In this document: positions 39,579 to 48,549 of the stretch, piece by piece
Position numbering within the stretch: the stretch's first letter is position 1
Layout: the number at the start of each line of letters is the position of its first letter
Source: Fibrobacteria bacterium
Lineage (GTDB): Bacteria > Fibrobacterota > Fibrobacteria > UBA11236
Reading direction: 5' to 3'
NCBI GenBank assembly: GCA_043745805.1
Contig: JAYTSD010000020.1
Span: 32,001 to 96,000, forward strand
Length of the DNA: 64,000 nt
Made by a program: the position numbers and the translations under genes
The notes under the pieces: model-generated
Told to the model about the DNA's origin: nothing
Database searches by the model: none
The model's input: only the letters and a program-made list of their open reading frames with translations

Positions 39579-40811
39579 ATGCACCATAAATTTTCATGGC
39601 AACAAATGGGCAAACCATTTTATGGTTTAATTTTTGTGGCTTGCTTAATTAGACTTTGTTTTCTGCTATTAATTCCCTTTGATGATCGCCATCATAATTT
39701 TGGCATTACTGGATTTAATGATGAAATGTCGCATATTCATTATGTGGAATATCTTATTCAGTTTCATAAACTCCCCATTGACATTCATAATTCCCAAGAA
39801 CCCGATGCTTTTGAAGTAAATGAATTTGAATACTATCAATCGCCGCTCTATTATTTATGGGCCATGCCTTTTGCAATGCTAGGAGAAAAACTTTCTCCGC
39901 AGCAACCCTTTTATTTTATGCGTTTGGCTTCGCTGATTTGTGGAGTATTAACCGTGGCCTTAGCCTTTTTTATAGGGTGTCATTTTCGTAGAAGTATAGG
40001 TTGGGTTTGTGCATGGATACTGGCTTTGTTTCCCGCCCACATTTACTATACCTCCATAGTGACGAATGACAGTTTAATGTGGTTAATAGGCGCGAGTTTA
40101 TTGTGGTGGATATTAAAAAGTACGTCGTTAGAGAAACCATCAAATATGAGTAACAGCATTGGGATGGCCTGCATTTTAGCCGCAGGCTTATGGTGCAAAA
40201 GTTCTATGCTTACTTTATTACCCTTAGTTTTTGTAAAACCTATTTTGGCTTTTTTGCAGCAGAAAAAATTAAATCACTTCTGGAAACCCATAGCGGCGGT
40301 ATGCATAGCCTTAGTATTAAGCGCTCCTATTTATTTAAGGAATTTGCAACTCTATGGTGATCTGCTTGCTTTAGAAAGCGGCACTGGGCCAGGCGGAAAA
40401 TACCTTTTTGCATTTACCTTACATAATTTTTATGAATTTATTTCTTATACCATTTCAACATTTTGGTTCCCTTTAAATTTGACTTATTCCTATCAAAACA
40501 TCTTTTTAAAAGGTGCCATGATTTGTGCCACAATCTTATTTTGTGCGACCATTATTTGGGGAGGGGTTAAAATTTTTCAAAGCAAAACATTTTTTTCTTT
40601 AGCTGAATTAAACTCCTCAGCCTTTGCGGATTATGCTGTGGTTTGGAGTAGCTTACTTTTATGTTTAGTGGGATATGTTCAATATAATGGAATTTTTCGT
40701 CAAAGCGATGCACGTCTTTTCTTTCATGCTTTAGTGGCCTTGTTTGTAATATTTTCTTTAGCCTTAGCGGAAATTTTTCCAGCACAGTTTAAGCGTTTAG
40801 ATAATGTATAA
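39579..40811 (+). CDS. GT-C membrane glycosyltransferase (ArnT/DUF2142-like)
   Basis: DE..H..YV, EYYQSPLYY, VTNDSL, RN..LYG; multi-TM. Confidence 0.8.
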   Translation: MHHKFSWQQMGKPFYGLIFVACLIRLCFLLLIPFDDRHHNFGITGFNDEMSHIHYVEYLIQFHKLPIDIHNSQEPDAFEVNEFEYYQSPLYYLWAMPFAMLGEKLSPQQPFYFMRLASLICGVLTVALAFFIGCHFRRSIGWVCAWILALFPAHIYYTSIVTNDSLMWLIGASLLWWILKSTSLEKPSNMSNSIGMACILAAGLWCKSSMLTLLPLVFVKPILAFLQQKKLNHFWKPIAAVCIALVLSAPIYLRNLQLYGDLLALESGTGPGGKYLFAFTLHNFYEFISYTISTFWFPLNLTYSYQNIFLKGAMICATILFCATIIWGGVKIFQSKTFFSLAELNSSAFADYAVVWSSLLLCLVGYVQYNGIFRQSDARLFFHALVALFVIFSLALAEIFPAQFKRLDNV

Positions 40812-40823
40812 TAGATTGTAAAT

Positions 40824-41939
40824 ATGGAAAAACATAATATCCCCTTACTCGATTTAAAGCGTCAATACCAACCTTTACGCCTCGAAATTGAAAATGCTGT
40901 AAAGCAATGCTTATCCTCGCAGCAATTTATTTTAGGCCCCGAAGTGGAACGCTTCGAAAAGGAAATGGCGGAGTATATTGGCGCGCCTTATGCTTTAGGT
41001 ATATCCTCTGGCACCGATGCTTTGCTTTTGTCGCTGATGGCTTTGGACATTGGTCCGGGTGATGAAGTAATAACCAGTCCCTTTACTTTTTTCGCCACAG
41101 CGGGTTGTCTTGCGCGCGTGGGCGCAAAGCCGATATTTGTGGATATACATGCGCATACCTTTAATCTCGATGAACGCTTAGTGGAAGCGGCCATTACTTC
41201 TAAAACCAAAGCGATTTTGCCCGTGCATTTATTTGGTCAATGCTGTGAAATGTCCGCCATTATGGATTTGGCTAAAAAACATAAACTCTTGGTGATAGAA
41301 GATGCGGCGCAAAGTTTGGGAGCTAAAAACAGAGGTATCCAAGCCGGTAACTTTGGTGATACCGGTTGTTATTCCTTCTTCCCTTCTAAAAATTTAGGCG
41401 GCGCGGGCGATAGCGGATTGATAGTGACACATAATCGAGACTTGTATGAAAAAATGAAAATCTTGCGTGTGCATGGATCGCATCCCAAATATTATCACTC
41501 GCTGATTGGCGGTAATTTCCGATTAGATGCTTTGCAAGCAGTTATTTTATCGATTAAGTTGAAGCATTTAAATACTTGGGCCGAACAAAGAAATCATAAT
41601 GCAAGACTATATAATCAACTACTGCAAGATTTACCTTCACCTGTTTTACAAACGCCAACCATTACCGCAGATAACTATTCGGTATTTAATCAATATTGTA
41701 TTCTTACGGAAAAGCGCGATAAGCTCAAAGAGTATTTACAAGAGCGCGGAGTCGGCACGGAAATTTATTATCCACTAGCATTGCATGAGCAAGAATGTTT
41801 TCAATATCTTGGTTATAGGCAAGGTGATTTCCCCATCAGCGAAAAATCGACAAAAGAAATTTTGGCTTTACCAATTTTTCCAGAATTACAAGCAGATGAA
41901 ATTAATATTGTTGCCAATACCATCAAGCAATTTTTTTAA
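40824..41939 (+). CDS. DegT/DnrJ/EryC1/StrS aminotransferase (WbpE-like)
   Basis: SSGTDAL, VHLFGQ, IEDAAQ, SFFPSKNLG (PLP lysine), NFRLDALQA. Confidence 0.93.
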   Translation: MEKHNIPLLDLKRQYQPLRLEIENAVKQCLSSQQFILGPEVERFEKEMAEYIGAPYALGISSGTDALLLSLMALDIGPGDEVITSPFTFFATAGCLARVGAKPIFVDIHAHTFNLDERLVEAAITSKTKAILPVHLFGQCCEMSAIMDLAKKHKLLVIEDAAQSLGAKNRGIQAGNFGDTGCYSFFPSKNLGGAGDSGLIVTHNRDLYEKMKILRVHGSHPKYYHSLIGGNFRLDALQAVILSIKLKHLNTWAEQRNHNARLYNQLLQDLPSPVLQTPTITADNYSVFNQYCILTEKRDKLKEYLQERGVGTEIYYPLALHEQECFQYLGYRQGDFPISEKSTKEILALPIFPELQADEINIVANTIKQFF

Positions 41940-41949
41940 ACTGGATATT

Positions 41950-43026
41950 CTACCAAGCCACTGAAGCGTTGTCAGTACAAAGTTGCACAGTATTGTTCAG
42001 TATATGAAAAGAATCGGGTAATACTGAAATCCCCAATAATGAAATAGCGTTTTGTAAGGGAATATAAATTCGATTTATCTTTGGAAAGAAGGCACTTTCT
42101 TCGGGAATTTCCAATTTTAAAGCCGGTAAATTTTGCGCTACTTTGCCAAAAGAAACGCATTCAAATCGATCATTATGTTTATGTAAATAAGCACATAAAT
42201 GTTCAAAATGTTCCATAGTTTTTAGCATTGGCTTTAAGGGCTTATCCATCCAAAATCTTTCATCACGATTAATGAATTCAAAATTATGCAAAAGTATATT
42301 GACGGTAGATAATCCCGAATTATAGGCGCTATTTAAAATCTTTTCGGCATATTCAAAACGTGTGCAGGCGGCTTGAAAGGGTTTGTTTTGATATGCCAAA
42401 AAAGAACGCAAATCACGAATTTGAAAATTTGTTAGGGGTATTTCCACAATTCCATGTTGAAGAAAAATATCATTTTGTTCACGCGGTAAAAGCACTCTGC
42501 AATCATTGGGCGAATAGCTCGAATTATAGTTGGAGGCTAGAGGAATATTTAGTTTTTGTAAAGCTAAATAGGTTTCATTATTCGCGCCAAAATTCCCAGC
42601 TCTAAAAGCCTTAACTTCTGCTCCATTTTTCGCTAGTAAATCGCATCCCAAACGTATAAGCTCGACTTGTTTTTCAAGCGTATAATTAAACATTTGGTCG
42701 GACCAGCGCCGGCCATCCCTAAAGGACAACCAAGCTGGATGCATATGTAATTGTATGTCTTGTTTAAATGATTGGATTTTATGAATGGTACTTTCTAGGG
42801 ATTCGGGACCGAAATAGTAAGAGCAAAATGGCTCAACAAAAAAAGTACTGGCCAAATCATTTTTTTCTAGGATTTTTAGAATATAGCTAAGCCCATAGGA
42901 CTTCCCTTCCACAGGACAATCCATGCTAATTGTGGGAATAGTGCTTTTTTCGCCTATGCGAAAATACTGCATCCCGCTATGTTCGACGTCAATGGTGATA
43001 AAAACCTTGACCTTATTTTTTCTCAT
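41950..43026 (-). CDS. Polysaccharide deacetylase-family protein
   Basis: ITIDVE, TFFVE, QLHMHP, FRAGNFG and LLH motifs. Confidence 0.82.
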   Translation of the reverse strand: MRKNKVKVFITIDVEHSGMQYFRIGEKSTIPTISMDCPVEGKSYGLSYILKILEKNDLASTFFVEPFCSYYFGPESLESTIHKIQSFKQDIQLHMHPAWLSFRDGRRWSDQMFNYTLEKQVELIRLGCDLLAKNGAEVKAFRAGNFGANNETYLALQKLNIPLASNYNSSYSPNDCRVLLPREQNDIFLQHGIVEIPLTNFQIRDLRSFLAYQNKPFQAACTRFEYAEKILNSAYNSGLSTVNILLHNFEFINRDERFWMDKPLKPMLKTMEHFEHLCAYLHKHNDRFECVSFGKVAQNLPALKLEIPEESAFFPKINRIYIPLQNAISLLGISVLPDSFHILNNTVQLCTDNASVAW

Positions 43027-43188
43027 GGCTTTGATCCAAAAAAAAATAGATATTCCTCGATTATGGATAGTAACTTTGTTCTCGAGAAAAAAAAAGCACT
43101 CTTTGCAAGGGAATGCCTAAGATTTTTAAAAACCACAAAAAAATTGACTTAAGTTGACAAAATAACTGACATCTCTCTTGGGGAAATA

Positions 43189-44655
43189 TTGAAAGCCGAA
43201 TTAAAACAAATTCTTAAACATTCTCTTATTTACGGAGCGGGAACAGTATTAGGGAAGATCATCGGTTTTTTAATGATCCCGGTATATACCCGATTTCTCT
43301 CGCCTGCCGATTATGGCATAATCGAATTGCTCGACCTCACAGTTTATATTTTGGGAACTTTGATTGGCTATAGCATTACTAGTGCAATTGTGCGTTTTTA
43401 TTATGACCATAAAGAGGCGTCCGAAAGAAAAATTCTAGTCTCTACCGCCCTTTTATTTGTAGGTGGACTCTCTATTGCGGTGGCCCTACTACTTTTGCCT
43501 TTTAGTCCATTGCTTTCTCAATTAATATTAAAATCACCAATATATTCTGTTTATTTCAAGATCGTTTTAGGGACATTGTGTTTTCAAATGATAGGTGAAT
43601 TTTGTTTAACCTATACCCAAGTACAGCAAAAATCTATTCAATACACTACCTATACTTTAATCAAGCTTTTCATAGGCTTAGGCTGCAATATTCTATTTGT
43701 AGTGGTATTAAAAAAAGGCCCTTTGGGAATACTTTATAGCAGCTTTATCTCCGCATTTTCATTAGGATTGTTTTTAGGAATCAAAACACTTTTTGAGACG
43801 AAACTGCATTTTTCTTGGGAAAAATTAAAAGCCATGCTTGCCTATGGTTACCCTTTAATATTGGGAAGCCTGAGTACATTTGTACTAACTTTTTCCGATC
43901 GCTATTTCTTAAATCAATATTCCACATTAACAGCCGTGGGCATATACGCTTTGGCTTATAAGTTAAGCATGTTAATCCCCGTATTGGTTACCGGTCCCTT
44001 TTTAACCATTTGGTCGGCCAAGCGTTTTGAAATTGCCAAATTACCAGATGCGAATGAAATTCAAGTTAAAGTATTTAATTATTTTGCCTTTATTTTAATT
44101 TTTGCGGCGGCGGCATTGTCAATTTTTGTACGCGCCGGTTTACATTTGATCACCACGCCAGATTTTTTTGAAGCTGCTCGATTTGTTCCTATTATCGCCA
44201 TTGGTTATATCTGTAATGGACTTTATTATCATTTTAATTTTGGGATTTATTTTAAAAACAAAACCAAATATGCAGCTGGTATATTGATAAGTGGAGCAGT
44301 TTTAGATTTAGTTTTGAATTATTTTTTAATACGTCGCTATCATGCCATGGGAGCGGCTATCGCTACATCACTCGCTTTCTTTTATATCGCGTGTGCGACT
44401 TTTTTTGTTTCTCGTCGTTTCTATATCATTCCCTATGACATAGCGCGCCTCATGAAAATATTATTAGCTGGGACAACAGCTTATGCCTTAGCTTTAGTAT
44501 TTGATCCTCATTCACTTTATCTTTCTTTAGCCTGGAAGTTTTTTTCCTTAGGTACTTACCCATTTCTTTTATTAATTTTGGGATTTTATCGACTTTCTGA
44601 ACTTCGCGAATTATATCAAATGGGACTGCGCAAGCTTAAAGGCTTTAACGTATGA
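43189..44655 (+). CDS. Polysaccharide flippase (Wzx-like)
   Basis: IPVYTRFLSPADYG and SDRYFL...VGIYALAYK motifs; 12-14 TM; TTG start. Confidence 0.9.
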   Translation: MKAELKQILKHSLIYGAGTVLGKIIGFLMIPVYTRFLSPADYGIIELLDLTVYILGTLIGYSITSAIVRFYYDHKEASERKILVSTALLFVGGLSIAVALLLLPFSPLLSQLILKSPIYSVYFKIVLGTLCFQMIGEFCLTYTQVQQKSIQYTTYTLIKLFIGLGCNILFVVVLKKGPLGILYSSFISAFSLGLFLGIKTLFETKLHFSWEKLKAMLAYGYPLILGSLSTFVLTFSDRYFLNQYSTLTAVGIYALAYKLSMLIPVLVTGPFLTIWSAKRFEIAKLPDANEIQVKVFNYFAFILIFAAAALSIFVRAGLHLITTPDFFEAARFVPIIAIGYICNGLYYHFNFGIYFKNKTKYAAGILISGAVLDLVLNYFLIRRYHAMGAAIATSLAFFYIACATFFVSRRFYIIPYDIARLMKILLAGTTAYALALVFDPHSLYLSLAWKFFSLGTYPFLLLILGFYRLSELRELYQMGLRKLKGFNV

Positions 44656-45992
44656 GTTCATCCGTGCTCAAACCTAGGCGCATAGGTCTGCTGAGTACTT
44701 ATGGCAATGGTAACTTGGGAGATGCGGCTACGCAAGAAGCTGTTATTTGGAATTTACAAAAACAAATTCCTAATGCGAAATTATATGGTATTTCTGCTAA
44801 TCCTGAGGATACATTAGAGCGCCACGGACTTCCTGGATATCCATTGTATCGGAATTTTAAATCGGGGCAAGGAAAGGTTTCGTTAGCAATCGCTACTCCA
44901 ACAATGGGTGGCACGGAAGTAACCTCTAAGTTAAATTCAGAAAAACTTTCGACCCTTTCCATTTTTCGACAAACTTTAAAAAAAATCCCATTACTTTATC
45001 CCCTACTTAATGGGCTGCACTCGGCAGTTTTAGCCCTTCCTGAAATTTTTAAGGAAATGCGATTTTTGCAGCAATCATATAAAACTTTACGGGATATTGA
45101 CGATTTGGTTTTTACGGGAAGCAATCAGCTCGATGATTATTGGAGTGGACCTTTTGGGCATGTATTAACAGTATTCAAGTGGACGCTTATGGCTCGCCTA
45201 GCGGGTACTCGGGTCGTTTTTTTGAGCGTAGGTGCCGGCCCATTGCGCTCCCCTTTCGGAATATTTTTTGCCAAACGTGCTTTAACTATGGCGCAATATC
45301 GCTCCTATCGTGATGAGCAAAGTAAAGAGGTCGTGGAAAGCGTGGGCTTTCGGCAAACGCATTTTGTATTTCCTGATTTAGCGCATAGCTTAAAAATTCC
45401 AGAACGCAAATCAAATCCCAAGCCTAAGCCAATTGTAGGGCTAAGTCCGCTTTCTTATCGCGATCCCCGATTTTGGCCGAAAGGCGAGTCAGCGATTTAT
45501 CAGCAGTATGTGAATAAACTCACAGATTTTTCGGCAGAGGTTTTGCAACAAGGTTATGGCCTAGCTTTTTTTCCTAGCCAACTCAAAATGGATCCTTATG
45601 TGATTGCCGATATAAAATCGCAACTGCTTTCTCGCGAGATCGATGTTTCGGAAATACAAGAGCCTAAAACCGATACCGTAACCGATTTGTTACTGGCAAT
45701 ACAAAATACGGATTATATGGTGGCCTGTCGTTTTCATGGCGTGCTCTTGTCATTGTTGTTATGTAAACCCGTTCTGGCCATTTCCTATGCTCCCAAAATT
45801 GATGTACTTATGCAGGATACGGGACAAGGGCTGTATACTTATCCAATCGAAACTTTTTCCATGCAGGATTTGAAACAGGGTTTTGCAAATTTGGAAAAAA
45901 ATTCACAAGCGGTAAGTGCGCAAATCGCCCTTAAGATGGACGCTTACCGCCAAGCGCTGAATCAGCAATATCAGAATGTCTTTGGTTCATAA
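44652..45992 (+). CDS. Polysaccharide pyruvyl transferase-family protein
   Basis: YGNGNLGD, GAGPL, YRD..S, PDLA and RFHG...ISY..K motifs. Confidence 0.9.
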   Translation: MSSSVLKPRRIGLLSTYGNGNLGDAATQEAVIWNLQKQIPNAKLYGISANPEDTLERHGLPGYPLYRNFKSGQGKVSLAIATPTMGGTEVTSKLNSEKLSTLSIFRQTLKKIPLLYPLLNGLHSAVLALPEIFKEMRFLQQSYKTLRDIDDLVFTGSNQLDDYWSGPFGHVLTVFKWTLMARLAGTRVVFLSVGAGPLRSPFGIFFAKRALTMAQYRSYRDEQSKEVVESVGFRQTHFVFPDLAHSLKIPERKSNPKPKPIVGLSPLSYRDPRFWPKGESAIYQQYVNKLTDFSAEVLQQGYGLAFFPSQLKMDPYVIADIKSQLLSREIDVSEIQEPKTDTVTDLLLAIQNTDYMVACRFHGVLLSLLLCKPVLAISYAPKIDVLMQDTGQGLYTYPIETFSMQDLKQGFANLEKNSQAVSAQIALKMDAYRQALNQQYQNVFGS

Positions 45993-47244
45993 GCAGCCTT
46001 CGGCGAGCCGCTTCTCTAGGATAAACTTGCGCTAGAGCATGACATAATCCTATCCAGCCCCATAAATATTCGTGAAACGGTGCATTTAAAAATGTCATGG
46101 CCGCTAACAATCCCATCACACACATAATCAAAGCCATCGCCAAGCGCATGGTGTCTCGATCTTTTGCATAGATAGCCAGTTTAATAGTTTGCTTCATGCG
46201 CCAAAAAGTAAAGCCCATAATTGCCAAATAAAGGGCTAATCCGGTAAAACCGGCTTCGGCGCTAAGTTTTAAATAAATGGAATGAGGGTTGTGAATACCA
46301 TCCCCATAAATACTAACCACTTGTCCCCATCCATCGGGACCTAGTCCAAAAATAGGATGATCGACCGTGGCATTGAAGGCTCCTCGCATCAATCCTGAGC
46401 GTTGCTGGGCAGAGGCTTCGGTTTGTTCACCACCAACATTAATAGTGGACATGCGTTCCCACCAAGAATCTGGTAAGAGCATTAGCGTTATACCTAAAAC
46501 TAAAACCATTAGAAATCCATCGCGCCCTTTTTTCTTGGAAATAAGCAATATGTAGATAACCAACATCATAGCAAGCCCGACAGAAGCTCCGCGCGAATTA
46601 GAAAAAATGATGGCGCTAAGACTTAAAAAAATAATCCCCCAAAAACCCCAGCGTACCACACGTTTAAATTTCCAATTATAACTGAAAGCCAAATACACCA
46701 GCATAGGCAATGTTCCCACAATACCCGCCGTGAAATCATTGCGATCAGACAATTGACTTTCTTCTATCCCCATATCAATGGCCACACCATGAACTAAACA
46801 ATGCGCCCCAGCTTGTGCTGCCCAAACGCCCACCGACAAACAAAGTACCGTGCCTATTAAACGAATATCCTTAGTGGTTTGTATTGAGGAATAAATTAGC
46901 AGTAGGGGTAATAAATATTTTAAAAACTTTATCATTTCGGGCCAAGCTACGTTTGGATAATCTGATGTTAGGGTGGTAATTAAAAGCCAAAAAATCATAC
47001 CGGCCAAGCAATAAAAATAAGCACCTAAATTTGGCTTAACTCTTCCCTGACCTACATTTACCATAAAAGAAAGTACCAGAACTATTAATACATAATAGGC
47101 TACCGGATAGGCGCCGAACATATGCGCAAAACTTAAAGGTTGGAAAATATTATTCCACAAAAATAAAGAACAGGCGATGGCCATATTACTCATGCCGAGT
47201 ACAGTACCCGACAAATAAACTAACCCGATGATAATTAAGCGCAT
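45931..47244 (-). CDS. O-antigen ligase/polymerase-like protein (resembles exosortase-associated O-glycosylation ligases)
   Basis: Multi-TM; D.ND, SRGA, PDSWWERM.TI, S...R, HPIFGLG, HSIYL...E.G. Confidence 0.82.
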   Translation of the reverse strand: MRLIIIGLVYLSGTVLGMSNMAIACSLFLWNNIFQPLSFAHMFGAYPVAYYVLIVLVLSFMVNVGQGRVKPNLGAYFYCLAGMIFWLLITTLTSDYPNVAWPEMIKFLKYLLPLLLIYSSIQTTKDIRLIGTVLCLSVGVWAAQAGAHCLVHGVAIDMGIEESQLSDRNDFTAGIVGTLPMLVYLAFSYNWKFKRVVRWGFWGIIFLSLSAIIFSNSRGASVGLAMMLVIYILLISKKKGRDGFLMVLVLGITLMLLPDSWWERMSTINVGGEQTEASAQQRSGLMRGAFNATVDHPIFGLGPDGWGQVVSIYGDGIHNPHSIYLKLSAEAGFTGLALYLAIMGFTFWRMKQTIKLAIYAKDRDTMRLAMALIMCVMGLLAAMTFLNAPFHEYLWGWIGLCHALAQVYPREAARRRLLMNQRHSDIADSALGGKRPS

Positions 47245-47319
47245 GTCACCTTATATTTTAGGGTTAAAAACTAAACACAATATACCATTCCCTGCTCCAA
47301 AGCTTCTAGATTTATTCTC

Positions 47320-48495
47320 ATGGTAAATAAAATTAAAGTTTTACATATTGTGCAATGTATGGGTTATGGTGGCATGGAAGGGCGCATAGCCCGCCTAGCG
47401 CGTGGCTTGGATCAAAATCGTTTTGAAATCCATATTCTCACTTTGCGTCCTGCTCCAGTGGGACAGGTAGAATTGCCCAGTTATGTGCAGCATATTTATT
47501 TCCCCATCAGCTCAGGTTTGCATTTTGATCGTTTGTTTGCTTTAGGGAACTTTATTCATAAAGGACAATATCACTTTGTTCACACACATAATTGGTCCAG
47601 CATGTTCTATGGAATTTTAGCAGGTCGGATTGCAAGATTAAAAGCAAGCATACAGCCTAGATTTTTAGCCGGCCCAAACAAAATTTGCTCTATCGTTTTG
47701 CATGGTGAACATGGACTAAATGCCGAGGATTTAAAAAATATTTCACCCAAACGTTTATTAGCGCAAAAAATTTTAGCGCGCTTAGCGCAGGGCATTGTGG
47801 CGGTTAATGAAGTGATTGCCCAAGCGGTAAAACAAGGTTGGAAAGTTGCACCAGAAAAAATAAAAGTTATTCCCAATGGTGTGGATTTAAATCGCTTTAA
47901 AGCGCCCTCCCAAATTTCCGAACCCGTAACAAAAATGGAGCGCAAAGAAAAAGTTTTTATAATAGGTACAGTGGCGCGACTCGACGCGGTAAAAAATCTT
48001 TCTTGCTTATTGCAAGCCGCGCAGGGATTATTAAAAAATCATCCCGAAATCCGTTTAAAATTATTGTGGGTAGGTGATGGCCCATTGCGTATACGCTTAC
48101 AAGAGGAAGCCCAAACTTTAGGCTTGAGTGAGCACATTGAATTTGCCGGTGAACATAAAGATGTGGAAAATTGGTATCCTCGTTTTACCGTTTTTACCAA
48201 TACTTCGGTTTATGAAGGCATGAGTAATACTTTGTTGGAGGCGATGGCTTGCGGCTTGCCCTTGGTGGCTTCGGATGTGCCGGGCAATGCTTTATGGTTA
48301 CGTGAAAATGAAAACACTTTATTTTTTCCTTCGGGAAATGCCGAAATGCTCGCCGAAAAATTGCTAAAGCTTTGGATGAATCCTCGACTATGTTTGGAAT
48401 TAGGAAAAAATAATCGGGCCCGTGCGGAGCAGGATTATGATAATCGTCAGTTTATTGCCACCTATGCAGCCATGTATGAAAATTGGTTAAAGTAA
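47320..48495 (+). CDS. Glycosyltransferase family 4
   Basis: GGME, HTHNW, HGEHG, PNGVD, ARL..VKN and EGMSNTLLEAMACGLP motifs. Confidence 0.92.
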   Translation: MVNKIKVLHIVQCMGYGGMEGRIARLARGLDQNRFEIHILTLRPAPVGQVELPSYVQHIYFPISSGLHFDRLFALGNFIHKGQYHFVHTHNWSSMFYGILAGRIARLKASIQPRFLAGPNKICSIVLHGEHGLNAEDLKNISPKRLLAQKILARLAQGIVAVNEVIAQAVKQGWKVAPEKIKVIPNGVDLNRFKAPSQISEPVTKMERKEKVFIIGTVARLDAVKNLSCLLQAAQGLLKNHPEIRLKLLWVGDGPLRIRLQEEAQTLGLSEHIEFAGEHKDVENWYPRFTVFTNTSVYEGMSNTLLEAMACGLPLVASDVPGNALWLRENENTLFFPSGNAEMLAEKLLKLWMNPRLCLELGKNNRARAEQDYDNRQFIATYAAMYENWLK

Positions 48496-48549
48496 ATTTC
48501 CTGAATTAGTTTATTGGCTACGCTTAGCGAATAAGAGTACAATTTTGGC

